Origin: Bacteroidaceae bacterium
Lineage (GTDB): Bacteria; Bacillota; Clostridia; Oscillospirales; Oscillospiraceae
Direction of reading: 5' to 3'
DNA: 63,103 nt
Assembly: GCA_963613145.1 (NCBI GenBank)
Contig: CAVDXW010000001.1
Span: 1-63,103 of the forward strand
Under the pieces are notes generated by a model, which searched no databases, had not been told where the DNA came from, and was given only the letters and a program-made list of their open reading frames with translations. The position numbers were made by a program, and so were the translations under genes. Positions within the stretch are counted from its first letter, which is position 1. The number at the start of each line of letters is the position of its first letter. Positions 45,048-55,051 of this stretch are shown here, piece after piece.

Positions 45048-46982
45048 TTAATAATCCAGATTCACTGCGTACTGTGCTTTACGCTCGATGAACTCCTTGC
45101 GCGGCTCGACCTTTTCGCCCATGAGGACGGTGAAGGTTGCGTCCGCCTTGACCGCATCGTCCAGCGTAATACGCCGCAGGGTGCGGGTGGTGGGATCCAT
45201 CGTTGTTTCCCACAGCTCGTGGGAATCCATCTCGCCCAAGCCCTTGAAGCGGCTGATGTCGATCTTGACATTCGGGTTGTCGCCGCGCATTTCGGCGGAG
45301 ATACGGTCGCGCTCCTCGTCGGAGTACGCCACGCGCTGCTGCTTGCCGCGTGTCAGCTTATAAAGCGGCGGCACGGCGGAGTAGACATACCCCTGCTCGA
45401 TGAGCGGCCGCATATAGCGGAAGAAGAAGGTCAGCAGCAGCGTGCGTATATGCGCGCCGTCCACATCGGCATCGGCCATGATGATGATTTTGTGATAGCG
45501 CAGCTTGTTCGCGTCGAACTCCTCGCCGATACCCGCGCCCAGCGCGATAATGACGGGCTGGAGCTTCTCGTTGCCGTAAACCTTGTCCACCCGCGCCTTT
45601 TCCACATTGAGCATCTTTCCCCACAGGGGGAGAATCGCCTGAAAGCGGCTGTCGCGCCCGCTGGTGGCACTGCCGCCGGCGGAATCGCCCTCAACGATGT
45701 ACAGCTCGGTCAGCTCCGGATTATTCTCGTTGCAGTCGCGCAGCTTGTCCGGCATGGCCGCGCCGCCGAGCACCGTCTTGCGGCGGATGGATTCACGCGC
45801 CTTGCGTGCCGCTTCACGGGCGCGGTTGGCGGTCATTGCCTTGTCCAGAATCGTCCGCGCCACGACGGGGTGCTCCTCTAAATACACCGCCAGCTGGTCG
45901 CTGACAATGCCGTCCACTAATGTGCGGATATGGGCGTTGCCCAGCTTCGCCTTCGTCTGTCCCTCGAACTGCGCCTCGGTCAGCTTGACGGAGATGACCG
46001 CCGTGATGCCCTCGCGGACATCCTCGCCCGACACCTTGTCGCCGTCCTTTATCATGCCGTATTTCAGGCCGTAGGCGTTCAGCACGCGGGTGAGTGCCGC
46101 CTTGAAGCCCGTCTCGTGCATACCGCCCTCCGGCGTGTGAATGTCATTGGCGAAGGACACCAGCGTCTCGTTATAGCCGTCGTTATATTGCAGGGCGACC
46201 TCCGCCGTGCTGTCGTCCCTGCTGCCGGAGAGGTAAATGACCTCCTCGTGCAGCGGCGTCTTGTTGCGGTTGATGTAGGTCACGAACTCGCGGATACCGC
46301 CCTCGTAGCACATGGCTTCGGACTGCTCCCTGCCGCCTCTTGCATCGGTGATGGTGATGCGCAGTCCCGCGTTGAGGAACGCCTGCTCGCGCATACGGGT
46401 GTGCAGTGTCTCGTAATCGTACTCCAGCGTGTCAAACATCTCAGGGTCGGGCTTGAAGGTCACGGTCGTGCCGTTGTGGTCGGTCGTGCCGACGACGGTC
46501 ATCTCGCTCGTGATATTGCCGCGGGAGAACTTCATCTCGTAAATTTTTCCGTCCTTGTGTACCTGAACGGTCAGCCACTCGGACAGCGCGTTGACCACGC
46601 TCGCGCCCACGCCGTGCAGTCCGCCGGAGACCTTGTAGCCCCCGCCGCCGAACTTGCCGCCCGCGTGGAGCACGGTAAACACGACCTCCAGCGCGGGGCG
46701 GCCCGTCTGCGCCTGAATGTCCACGGGGATACCGCGCCCGTTGTCTGTGACGGTGATGGTGTTGCCCTCGTTGATGGTCACGGTGATGTCCGTGCAGTAG
46801 CCCGCCAACGCCTCGTCAATGGCGTTGTCCACGATCTCATAGACCAGGTGGTGCAGACCGCTGGCACTCGTCGAGCCAATGTACATGCCCGGCCGCTTGC
46901 GCACCGCCTCCAGTCCCTCCAGCACCTGAATTTCCGAGGCGTTATACTCCGTATCCACGATTGTCTTTTCCAAATCTGCCAT
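45048..46982 (-). CDS. gyrB: DNA gyrase subunit B
   Basis: [33 protein letters not shown]. Confidence 0.97.
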   Translation of the reverse strand: MADLEKTIVDTEYNASEIQVLEGLEAVRKRPGMYIGSTSASGLHHLVYEIVDNAIDEALAGYCTDITVTINEGNTITVTDNGRGIPVDIQAQTGRPALEVVFTVLHAGGKFGGGGYKVSGGLHGVGASVVNALSEWLTVQVHKDGKIYEMKFSRGNITSEMTVVGTTDHNGTTVTFKPDPEMFDTLEYDYETLHTRMREQAFLNAGLRITITDARGGREQSEAMCYEGGIREFVTYINRNKTPLHEEVIYLSGSRDDSTAEVALQYNDGYNETLVSFANDIHTPEGGMHETGFKAALTRVLNAYGLKYGMIKDGDKVSGEDVREGITAVISVKLTEAQFEGQTKAKLGNAHIRTLVDGIVSDQLAVYLEEHPVVARTILDKAMTANRAREAARKARESIRRKTVLGGAAMPDKLRDCNENNPELTELYIVEGDSAGGSATSGRDSRFQAILPLWGKMLNVEKARVDKVYGNEKLQPVIIALGAGIGEEFDANKLRYHKIIIMADADVDGAHIRTLLLTFFFRYMRPLIEQGYVYSAVPPLYKLTRGKQQRVAYSDEERDRISAEMRGDNPNVKIDISRFKGLGEMDSHELWETTMDPTTRTLRRITLDDAVKADATFTVLMGEKVEPRKEFIERKAQYAVNLDY

Positions 46983-46985
46983 GTA

Positions 46986-47249
46986 TTACTCTCCTTTGCC
47001 CTCCGCCCGTCTGCCAAGCGTGCGGGAATTGATCTGCGACAGATACACGATCTGCCGGTGGTAGGGGTGGTCGCACACCACGAACGAACGCGGTATGTCC
47101 TCACACGCGGGCTGTACCACGCCCTCGCGCTCCGCTCCCTGTAAAAACTCTCTTGTCCTTTTCGAGGTGGAGGTGTTGTCCAAATCGAATATGCCGATGA
47201 TGCGCCTGTCCTCCACCATGACATTCATGCCGATGTGCAGATACGCCAT
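46986..47249 (-). CDS. remB: DUF370/YaaB (RemB-like) protein
   Basis: YLHIG...IIGIFDLD...VYLSQINSRTL, conserved position between recF and gyrB. Confidence 0.8.
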   Translation of the reverse strand: MAYLHIGMNVMVEDRRIIGIFDLDNTSTSKRTREFLQGAEREGVVQPACEDIPRSFVVCDHPYHRQIVYLSQINSRTLGRRAEGKGE

Positions 47250-48352
47250 CAAAGCACCTCCCCGCCGCGCACATGGAACACCCTGCCGTGCAGCAGTGCA
47301 TCCAGACGGTCGTTTTCGCAGCAGGTGATGAACACCTGCCCGCCGCTGATGCGGTTGAGCACATACTCCTGCCGCCGTGCGTCCAGCTCGCTGAGCACAT
47401 CGTCCAGCAGCATAACGGGATATTCGCCCATGGCGTTCCTGTGTATCTCCCGCTCGGCCAGCTTCAGACTCAGTGCCGCCGTGCGCACCTGTCCCTGCGA
47501 GCAGAACTGCCTCGCGCTGCGGCCGTTGACCAGCACCTCGATGTCGTCCTTGTGCGCGCCGCTCAGACACAGCCGTGCGGCCTTTTCCGCCGCCTGATGG
47601 CTCTCCATGTGCTCGCGCAGGGCATGGTATATGCTCTCCTGACTGCCCAGCGGGTCGGCAACGGTCTTGACGGTCTGATAGGTCAGCGTCAGCTCCTCGC
47701 GCTGTCCGCTGCACTCCAGATGTGCCTGACGCGCATACTCCGCCAGTACCGAACAGAACCGCGCCCGATAGCCCACCAGCACCGCCCCGCTGCGGCAAAG
47801 TCCCTCGTTGAACTCCGGAAGCAGGTCTAAAAGCTGCGGCTTTTCCTCGCTGTCGCGCAGGATACGGGTCTTGTGCTCATACAATCGGCTGAACTGCGTC
47901 AGTGCCTCGGCGTAGCGCGGCCTGAGCTGGCAAAGCGACACATCCATGAACCGCCGCCGCTCCGCCGCGCCCGCACGGATAAGAAACAGATCCTCCGGCG
48001 CGAAAAACACCGTGTGCAGCACATCGCTCAGTGCTGCCGCCCTCTTGGCGGGCACGCCGTTGACGGTCATTTTCCGCCGCTTTCCGCGGCAGAGCCTTAT
48101 GTCCGTCACGAAGTCCCTCCCGCGGGAGAATATTCTCCCCGTCAGTGACGCTTCCTGCGCATCAAAGCCGATGAGCTCGCGGTCGCCGTGCGCCCGTGGG
48201 CTTTTCCCGCAGCTAAGATACACGATGGCCTCCATCAGGTTCGTCTTTCCCTGCGCGTTCTCTCCGTAGATGACATTGCAGCTTTCGTCAAAGCTGAGAC
48301 TCTGCTGCCGGTAGTTGCGCCAGCCTGCCAGCGTCAGACCGTCAACTCTCAT
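47249..48352 (-). CDS. recF: DNA replication/repair protein RecF
   Basis: [26 protein letters not shown]. Confidence 0.97.
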   Translation of the reverse strand: MRVDGLTLAGWRNYRQQSLSFDESCNVIYGENAQGKTNLMEAIVYLSCGKSPRAHGDRELIGFDAQEASLTGRIFSRGRDFVTDIRLCRGKRRKMTVNGVPAKRAAALSDVLHTVFFAPEDLFLIRAGAAERRRFMDVSLCQLRPRYAEALTQFSRLYEHKTRILRDSEEKPQLLDLLPEFNEGLCRSGAVLVGYRARFCSVLAEYARQAHLECSGQREELTLTYQTVKTVADPLGSQESIYHALREHMESHQAAEKAARLCLSGAHKDDIEVLVNGRSARQFCSQGQVRTAALSLKLAEREIHRNAMGEYPVMLLDDVLSELDARRQEYVLNRISGGQVFITCCENDRLDALLHGRVFHVRGGEVL

Positions 48353-48557
48353 ATGCGACGGTCAGCTCCTGCCCATGAAAGGCAGCGACATCGCCGGGGC
48401 GAATCTTTTTTCCGCGCATGGTGCAGACCTCGCCGTTCACGGTGACCTCGCCGTTCTGTACGGCGAGCTTCGCCTCGCCTCCCGTCTCCACCGCCGATGC
48501 CAGCTTCAGCAGATCCTGCAATTTGATATATTCGGTTGTGATGGTGATTGTTTGCAT
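48342..48557 (-). CDS. yaaA: S4-domain RNA-binding protein YaaA
   Basis: [10 protein letters not shown]...TGGEAK...RGKKI. Confidence 0.92.
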   Translation of the reverse strand: MQTITITTEYIKLQDLLKLASAVETGGEAKLAVQNGEVTVNGEVCTMRGKKIRPGDVAAFHGQELTVAYES

Positions 48558-48594
48558 AGCAGCTCCTTGTCTGATTTCCACTGGGAGACTTTAT

Positions 48595-49707
48595 TTATTG
48601 CGCCTTCAGACGCACCGGCAGTACCATATAGAGAAAGCTGTCGCTGTCGTCCATCGGCGTTATCACGCATGGGGAAATACCCGTGTTAAGGTGCATTTTC
48701 ACCGTGTCTGCGGGCGCGTAGCGCAGCGCGTCCATCAGATAGCGGTTGTTAAAGCCGATTTCCAGTTCATTTCCGTCACCACGCACGGGGCAGATGTCCC
48801 TCGCATCGCCGTTGCCCGTGCGGGCGGACATATACACCTTATCGCAGGAGAAAACACACTTCACGGGGCTTTTCAGCTTCTCGCTGATAACGACGCTCAC
48901 TCGTTCAAGGCTCTCTATCATCACCCTGCTGTCTACCTCGACAGTAATGGGGTTGTTCATCGGAATGGCGTTGCGGTAGTTGAGGAACTCTCCCTCCAGA
49001 CGGCGGCAGATAAGCTGCGTCGAGCCTATCTCAAACAGCAGATGCCTCTTGCCCTGAATCACCGTTACCATGTCATCCGTGTCGGCGCATATCTTCTCCA
49101 CCTCATTGAGTGCGCTGCCGGGAGCGACAAACCTGAACGCTCCTCCGTCGATGTGCTCCAGCGGCTCGCGCCGCAGGGCAAGGCGGAAGCCGTCCACGGC
49201 CACCATCGTCAGCCCCTTGTCGTTTATCTCGAACAATGCGCCCGTGTGGATGGGCCGCGTCTCGTTGAGGGAAACGGCGAAGCTGGTCTGGTCTATCATT
49301 GCCTTGAGCGTCCTCTGCTCCAGCGTGACGGAATACTCATCGTCCACCTCCGGCAGCTCGGGATAGTCGTCCGCGCTCAAGCCGGTCATCTCAAAGCCCG
49401 CGTCCCCGCAGGTGAGCTTTACATTGAATTTATCATCCGCGGTAAACAGCACCATATCGTCCGGCAGCCGGCGTATCATCTCGCCGAACAGCTTCGCGTT
49501 CAGCACGATGCGCCCGCTCTCCTCTATATCGGCCTCCAGCGCGGTGCGGATACCCGTCTGCATGTTGTACCCCGACAGGCGCAGCCCGTCTCCGCACTCC
49601 AGCAGGATACCCTCCAGCGCGGGAATGGAGCTTTTTACCGCCACGGCGCGGGACACGGCCATCACCGCCTGCTGCAATAAAGCCTTCTCACAGGAAAATC
49701 TCACCAT
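48595..49707 (-). CDS. dnaN: DNA polymerase III beta clamp
   Basis: VAVDGFRLA, FNNRYLMDAL, MVLPVR; downstream of dnaA. Confidence 0.97.
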   Translation of the reverse strand: MVRFSCEKALLQQAVMAVSRAVAVKSSIPALEGILLECGDGLRLSGYNMQTGIRTALEADIEESGRIVLNAKLFGEMIRRLPDDMVLFTADDKFNVKLTCGDAGFEMTGLSADDYPELPEVDDEYSVTLEQRTLKAMIDQTSFAVSLNETRPIHTGALFEINDKGLTMVAVDGFRLALRREPLEHIDGGAFRFVAPGSALNEVEKICADTDDMVTVIQGKRHLLFEIGSTQLICRRLEGEFLNYRNAIPMNNPITVEVDSRVMIESLERVSVVISEKLKSPVKCVFSCDKVYMSARTGNGDARDICPVRGDGNELEIGFNNRYLMDALRYAPADTVKMHLNTGISPCVITPMDDSDSFLYMVLPVRLKAQ

Positions 49708-49739
49708 ATCCGTCGTTCCTCTCTTTCCGAAAAATTTCG

Positions 49740-49960
49740 GTTCTGTTTTTTGAAATCAAATCATAAACTAATCTTTTATTTCAGTAGTCTTATTAGTAGG
49801 GAAATTTTTTGTGGAAATACCCTCTCGCGCCGCGCCGCAGCTGGATTTCTTTCACACATCCCTTTCTGGAAAACCTCCCCCGTTTCCCACAGGCAAGGGG
49901 GCATGACAGGATATGCACACCCTTTCCCCTGTGGATTCCACAAAATAGGTGGAAAAGCTA
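49740..49960. other. oriC: replication origin oriC (dnaA-dnaN intergenic unwinding region)
   Basis: AT-rich stretch, DnaA-trio-like run CAG TAG TCT TAT TAG TAG (49782-49799) next to degenerate DnaA box TGTGGAAAT (49810); further degenerate boxes at about 49911, 49930 and 49948. Confidence 0.75.
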
Positions 49961-49983
49961 CGGTCTTTTACAGCCCTCACTCT

Positions 49984-51300
49984 TTACTTCTTGCTATTGA
50001 TATTTGTAGTGATTTCCTTCACCTTTTCGGCAAAGGCAGGGTCGGAGCGCATCTGCTGCTCCACCTTATCCAGCGAGTGCAGTATCGTGGAGTGATCCCT
50101 GTTGCCGAACTCCTTACCGATGTCATTCAGGCTCATGGAGGTCATGCGGCGGATGAGATAGATAGCAATCTGACGCGCCGCCATGACATCGCGCCCTCGG
50201 CTCTGGCCGCGCAGCGTCTCCTCGTCCACATGGAAGTAGCTGCAAATGTAACCGACGATGATGCTGGGCGTGGGGGCGAAGTCGTTGCTCTTTTTCAGCA
50301 TGTCGCGGATGGCGCGGCTGACGGTCTCCTCGTTCACCTGATCGTCCAGCAGGTCGCGGTACGCCAGTATCTTATTGAGCGTTCCCTCGATCTGCCGCAC
50401 ATTGGAGGTGATGTTCTCCGCGATGTAATCCGTCACCTCGTCGGGCAGCTTTACGCCGAGCATGGCCGCCTTGTTCTGCACGATGGCAAAGCGCGTCTCG
50501 AAATCCGGCGGCGCGACATCCACCATCAGACCCCACTCGAACCGCGTCCGCAGTCGATCCTCCAGCTGGGTGATCTCCTTTGGCGGACGGTCGGAGGTCA
50601 GCACGATCTGCCTTCCCGACTCGTACAGCGTGTTGAAGGTATGGAAAAACTCCTCCTGCGTCTGTATCTTGCCCGCGATGAACTGAATATCGTCCATCAG
50701 CAGTATATTCGTCTGGCGGTACTTCTCGCGGAACTCCGTGTTGCGGTTTTCGCGGATGGAGGCGATCAGCTCGTTGGTGAAGTCGTCGCCCTTGACATAG
50801 ACGATTTTCGCGTCGGGACGCTTTTTCCGAAGGGCGTTGGCAATGGCGTACAGCAGGTGCGTCTTGCCCAGTCCGCTGTCGCCGTAGATAAACAGGGGAT
50901 TGTAATTTTCGCCCGGCTTGTCCGTCACCGCCTTCGCTGCGGCGAAGGCCAGCTTGTTCTGCGGCCCCACCACATATGTCTCGAAGGTAAACGCCTCCGA
51001 CTCCGACAGATCGCCCGGCCGGTCGGGTGCCACGCCGTGATAGGCGGCAAGCTGCTGGTCGTCGAGTATCTTGACCTCAAAATCGGTGGAGAACAGGTCG
51101 CGCAGTGCCGCCTTGATATGCGGCAAGAACCGCGCCTCGATCGTGTCCCGCTTAAAGGTGTTGCTGCAATGCAGCACGAACGCGGAATCCTCCATGGTCA
51201 CGATGTCTACCTCATCGAACCATGTCTTGATGGTGATCTCCGACAGCTCGCCGCTCAAACGCTTGAGCACGCTGTCCCACAGGTCTTTTATTGAATTCAA
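49984..51300 (-). CDS. dnaA: chromosomal replication initiator DnaA
   Basis: YNPLFIYGDSGLGKTHL, DDIQFI, FGNRDHSTILHS; TTG start after GGGGAG. Confidence 0.97.
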   Translation of the reverse strand: MNSIKDLWDSVLKRLSGELSEITIKTWFDEVDIVTMEDSAFVLHCSNTFKRDTIEARFLPHIKAALRDLFSTDFEVKILDDQQLAAYHGVAPDRPGDLSESEAFTFETYVVGPQNKLAFAAAKAVTDKPGENYNPLFIYGDSGLGKTHLLYAIANALRKKRPDAKIVYVKGDDFTNELIASIRENRNTEFREKYRQTNILLMDDIQFIAGKIQTQEEFFHTFNTLYESGRQIVLTSDRPPKEITQLEDRLRTRFEWGLMVDVAPPDFETRFAIVQNKAAMLGVKLPDEVTDYIAENITSNVRQIEGTLNKILAYRDLLDDQVNEETVSRAIRDMLKKSNDFAPTPSIIVGYICSYFHVDEETLRGQSRGRDVMAARQIAIYLIRRMTSMSLNDIGKEFGNRDHSTILHSLDKVEQQMRSDPAFAEKVKEITTNINSKK

Positions 51301-51624
51301 AGGAAGCTCCCCTTTCGCCGGAGGTATCTCTCTCCTCCGTATTGAAGTGACGGGGGGGTGTGCCGTCAAAATATCCCACATCATTATAGCAGAAAACCGC
51401 ACGGAAGTCTATACATATTCTAATATAATATCCCGCTTTGTTTTTCTCTTTTCCCGCGAAACCGCGCCGTATCGGCGCAAAAGTCAAGAGTAAAAGCAGA
51501 AAAAATATTGAAGATATGACCGTGGGATTTCTCAAATTCTGCGCAATTCCCGAAAACCCACCTATGCTCAAGGTATATTGGGGCATAAAAAAATGCACCT
51601 GCCGAAGCAGGTGCACAAATGGAG

Positions 51625-51780
51625 TTACATCATAGGATTTTCAAGAAGGATCTCGATATCGCAACCAAGAACACGGGATAACTTGTAGAGTTTTCGTGCC
51701 TGCGCCTTATCAATGTCGTTGACTCTTTGCTCATACATCTGAATATTTCGGACATTGATGCCTGCCTGACAGATGCTCAT
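51625..51780 (-). pseudogene. C-terminal fragment of an XRE-family HTH protein
   Basis: GINVRNIQMYEQRVNDIDKAQARKLYKLSRVLGCDIEILLE in an AT-richer patch, lacks N-terminus and RBS. Confidence 0.55.
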
Positions 51781-51942
51781 TTCATCGTTTTGGTCTAAAC
51801 CTGTCTTACGAACACCTGTCCATCGGGCAGGCGTGTGCTTTTGGGGTTGCAAAACGCAGAATCTATGGTACAATAGGAGCACTGAGATTGTTATACCGCT
51901 ATTGTCACATAGCATTATCAGAAAAAAGCGAGGTAAAAAACA

Positions 51943-52125
51943 ATGAAGAAAATACTGTGCCTGTTGTCGGCGTTGTGCGCTGCGGCCATGAGCCTGTGCA
52001 TCGCCTGTGCCAGCCCCCTCACCGGCGACACCAGCAATATGGGTCTGTGGATCGCCATGGTCGTTGTGGCGGTCATCGCCGTGGTGGTGCTCATCATCGT
52101 GGGCGCGAAGAACAAGAAGAAGTAA
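51943..52125 (+). CDS. 60-aa protein: signal peptide + SPLTG sortase signal + TM + basic tail
   Basis: RBS GAGGT, promoter TTGCAA-16-TACAAT upstream, terminator 52140-52176, host-like GC3. Confidence 0.8.
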   Translation: MKKILCLLSALCAAAMSLCIACASPLTGDTSNMGLWIAMVVVAVIAVVVLIIVGAKNKKK

Positions 52126-52139
52126 GCGTAGCTGCAATC

Positions 52140-52176
52140 AAATCAAAACCTCCGGCTTGGCCGGAGGTTTTGATTT
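52140..52176. terminator. bidirectional terminator
   Basis: AAATCAAAACCTCCGGC-TTG-GCCGGAGGTTTTGATTT. Confidence 0.85.
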
Positions 52177-52930
52177 ATATATGTCCCTCTGGCAGGGGCT
52201 GGGCGTGGAGCATCACGCGCCCGAAGCAGGTCAGGCTGCGCCCGCTGCCGCGGTGAAACACCACATCCATGTCCGCACGGGCGCGGTTGAGCGAGAACAG
52301 GTACACCATGCCGAAGCCGTCACGGTAATACTGCTTGCACAGCATGTCGCCGTCCACGCAGAAAATGCCCACATCGCCGTTTTTCAGCGGGTCGTGGTTG
52401 ACATAGACCACCGCGCCATCGGCAATGACCGGCAACATCGAGTCGCCCTGTATGCGCACCGCCAGCTCTGCGCCGGGCGGCACATCGCCCGTGACGCATA
52501 TCAGCTCGTAATCCTCCCCGAACACAGGCGCGGCGAAGCCCGCCGCAGCGGGGGAGGTGTACAGCGGGATGGTGCGCTCCTCACCCTGCGGCGCGGCGGT
52601 ACGGAGGTCGTCCGCCATTTCCGTCAGCGCGTCCAGCAGCGTGGAGACGGTCTGCCGCCCCGACAGGGGCAGTCCTCGATACTTCGCCAGCAGGCGGCTC
52701 TCCTCATCGCTGCGGCTGCCGGAGGCGGTGCGGTAGCTGCCGCGGTACAGGTAATTCGGGTCGGCCTCCAATGCGTCAAACAGCCGCAGCAGCACGCCCT
52801 CCTTGGGGGTGCTGATCCCCGTTTCGTAATTGCCCACGGCGGACACGGACACGCCCAGCCGCGCCGCCAGCTGCTGGCGGGTCAGACCCAGCTCCTCGCG
52901 CCGACGGCGCATCTGCTCTCCAAAGGACAC
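52175..52930 (-). CDS. XRE-HTH + S24 peptidase repressor (phage CI/LexA-like)
   Basis: LGVSVSAVGNYETG HTH, AAAG cleavage-site-like motif, GDSM Ser and LCK Lys dyad; GTG start after AAGGAGG. Confidence 0.9.
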   Translation of the reverse strand: MSFGEQMRRRREELGLTRQQLAARLGVSVSAVGNYETGISTPKEGVLLRLFDALEADPNYLYRGSYRTASGSRSDEESRLLAKYRGLPLSGRQTVSTLLDALTEMADDLRTAAPQGEERTIPLYTSPAAAGFAAPVFGEDYELICVTGDVPPGAELAVRIQGDSMLPVIADGAVVYVNHDPLKNGDVGIFCVDGDMLCKQYYRDGFGMVYLFSLNRARADMDVVFHRGSGRSLTCFGRVMLHAQPLPEGHI

Positions 52931-52991
52931 GGAGGCCACCTCCTTCTCGTCTTGCCGCGCTCCCGATGAGAGGGCGCAGCTTGCTGCTTGT

Positions 52992-53133
52992 ATACTACCC
53001 TGAATTCTTGGTTTTGTCAAGGCAGATTAACAAGAAACTTGTAAAATAACGCTTGACATCTCAAGTTTCTTGTGATATAGTGGCATCGTCAACAAGCTTC
53101 TTGGTTTTGCAGAGAGAAAGTACAAGAATATTG
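52992..53133. promoter_or_regulatory. divergent sigma-A promoters with five CAAG-N3-CTTG-type operators
   Basis: minus TTGACA(53020)-17-TAGTAT; plus TTGACA(53053)-17-TATAGT; operators start at 53000, 53031, 53062, 53093, 53123. Confidence 0.8.
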
Positions 53134-53164
53134 GCGGGTGAACTGTCTCTATCGGAGACAAGAA

Positions 53165-53199
53165 AAATACCGACCGCCCTGACGGGCAATCGGTATTTT
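53165..53199. terminator. bidirectional terminator (tRNA operon / candidate sRNA)
   Basis: AAAATACCGA..GCCC-TGAC-GGGC..TCGGTATTTT. Confidence 0.75.
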
Positions 53200-53283
53200 G
53201 GTGGGGGATGGTGGATTCGAACCACCGAAGGCGTTGCCAGCAGATTTACAGTCTGTCCCCTTTGGCCACTCGGGAAATCCCCC
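53199..53283 (-). tRNA. tRNA-Tyr(GTA)
   Basis: cloverleaf with long variable arm, CTGTAAA anticodon loop, TTCGAAT, encoded CCA. Confidence 0.97.
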
Positions 53284-53300
53284 AGATACGGGTATTATAT

Positions 53301-53376
53301 TGGAGCTGGTGGACGGATTCGAACCCCCGACCTGCTGATTACAAATCAGCTGCTCTACCAGCTGAGCTACACCAGC
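53301..53376 (-). tRNA. tRNA-Thr(TGT)
   Basis: GCTGGTGTAGCTCAG...TTTGTAA...TTCGAAT...CCA; promoter TTGACA(53423)-17-TATAAT. Confidence 0.97.
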
Positions 53377-53515
53377 ATCTCACCAGCGAACCGTATTATA
53401 GCAGAGCTTTCCCGCATTGTCAACAGGAAAGTTTGCGGCGGCGCGGTTTATATGTGATTTTTGTTTATTCTTGCAAAAATAAAGGGAAAAATGCAAAGAG
53501 GAGGGAGCAAAAGCC

Positions 53516-53749
53516 ATGACATTAGAGGAGATGTCCGTGCTGTATGACGGCAGTGCCGCGCTGATTGCGGGGCGGCTGGCGGAGCTGCGGCTGCGCCTGC
53601 GCCAGACGGAGGACACGGAGGAGGTGCGCTGCCTGCATCGGAGAATTGAGGCGTTGCAGCCGATGATGACGCAGTGCCGCAAGCTGACAGGCGTTACGGG
53701 GAGGTATTATGACAGGAGCTTCTATGGCTGGCGCGAGTACCGGCTATGA
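53516..53749 (+). CDS. small hypothetical helical protein
   Basis: RBS GAGGGAG, 77 aa, overlaps next gene. Confidence 0.6.
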   Translation: MTLEEMSVLYDGSAALIAGRLAELRLRLRQTEDTEEVRCLHRRIEALQPMMTQCRKLTGVTGRYYDRSFYGWREYRL

Positions 53750-54017
53750 CCCGATGGATCGGGCGGGATGGCAGCTGTGGCTGCGGGAGCAGGCGGGAGA
53801 CAACGGCTCCCGCCGCCACCGTCTGCTGCGCAACCTGCCCCGTGCGGTGGCGGCGGAGCTGACGCCGCGCCAGCGGGAGACGCTGGAGCTGTACATCTAC
53901 GAGGACATGAGCATAACGGACATTGCCGCCGCGCTGGGCGTGAATAAGTCCACCGTGTCGCGGTCGCTGCAACGGGCCTTTCACCGGCTGGAGCGATGCC
54001 TGAAATACAGCCTGTGA
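53709..54017 (+). CDS. stand-alone sigma-70 region 4 HTH protein
   Basis: LTPRQRETLELY...SITDIAAALGVNKSTVSRSLQRA. Confidence 0.8.
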   Translation: MTGASMAGASTGYDPMDRAGWQLWLREQAGDNGSRRHRLLRNLPRAVAAELTPRQRETLELYIYEDMSITDIAAALGVNKSTVSRSLQRAFHRLERCLKYSL

Positions 54018-54193
54018 ACCGATGCGGACGGGTGAAGGAGGAGAGGGCGTTCTCTCCTCCTTCATGTATATGCAGGGGCGGCGCACATACGCTTGGCGCG
54101 AAAATTCATCTGCCGCAGCGGGAATCCGTACTTGCCTGCGCTGCTGTTTTTGTGGTATACTATTACATTGAAATATTAGGCGAGGTGCGGAAC

Positions 54194-55051
54194 ATGGTGC
54201 AGCTTCCCCCGGAAAACAGCATACTGGCGCGCACGGTGCGCCGCGCCGCCGACGAAGGCCGATTGAGCCACGCGGTGATCCTTACGGGACGGGGCGACCT
54301 GACCGCCGCAGCGCGGTTCATCGCCGCCGCCCATGTGTGTCAGGAGGCGGACAGGCCGTGCCTGCACTGCCGCCACTGCCGCAAGGTGCTGGAGGGCGTA
54401 CACCCCGATGTGCTCACCGTGCAGGACACGGAGCACCGCGAGCTGACGGTGGAGGCCGTCCGTGCCCTGCGCAAGGATGTGTACATCCGTCCCAACGAGG
54501 CCGAGCGGAAGGTGTACATCCTCCGCGACTGCCGCCAGCTCAACGAGCGGGACCAGAATGTGCTGCTGAAGATCGTGGAGGAGGGGCCGCCCTACGCGGC
54601 GTTCCTGTTCTGCGCCGACAGTCCCGCCGCGCTGCTGGAGACGGTGCGCTCCCGCTGCGTTACACTCCGATACGATGAGGGGGCGGAGCTGCCGATGGAC
54701 GCACGGGCATCGGAGCTGTGCCGCGCCTTTTCCACGGGGCGGCTGCTGCCGGTGACCTCGCTGCTGGTGGGCTGGGACGCCGGAAAGCCCGCCCTGCGGC
54801 GGGAGGAGCTGCGGACGCTGCTGCGGGACGCATGGCGCGCCACGGCGGAGGCCCTGCTGCTGCGGCAGGGAAAGCCCGCGCCGGAGCCGACCTGCGCAGA
54901 CGAGGCGCGGCTGCTGGCGGACAGGCTGACGAAGCGGCAGCTTGCACAGCTCGCTGATGCTCTGCGGCGGTACGCTGCGGAATGTGACTATAATGTGGGC
55001 GTGGGACAGGTGCTGGGTGCCCTCGCCGTCAAATGGGAGGAGCTTTTATGA
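54194..55051 (+). CDS. holB: DNA polymerase III subunit delta prime
   Basis: zinc Cys cluster, HPD, QNVLLKIVEE, TVRSRC; upstream of yaaT. Confidence 0.88.
   Translation: MVQLPPENSILARTVRRAADEGRLSHAVILTGRGDLTAAARFIAAAHVCQEADRPCLHCRHCRKVLEGVHPDVLTVQDTEHRELTVEAVRALRKDVYIRPNEAERKVYILRDCRQLNERDQNVLLKIVEEGPPYAAFLFCADSPAALLETVRSRCVTLRYDEGAELPMDARASELCRAFSTGRLLPVTSLLVGWDAGKPALRREELRTLLRDAWRATAEALLLRQGKPAPEPTCADEARLLADRLTKRQLAQLADALRRYAAECDYNVGVGQVLGALAVKWEELL

Noticed and set aside
53000..53133. Periodic repeats as a possible mini-CRISPR array
   Set aside because: Repeats are only 11 bp and degenerate, the spacers contain promoter boxes and no cas genes are present; an operator array fits better
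53138..53182. 14-codon GTG ORF as a cro equivalent
   Set aside because: No SD, too short for an HTH, and it runs into the terminator
51625..54017. Intact prophage or ICE at the tRNA genes
   Set aside because: No integrase, att duplication or structural genes; tRNA-Tyr is directly followed by its own terminator
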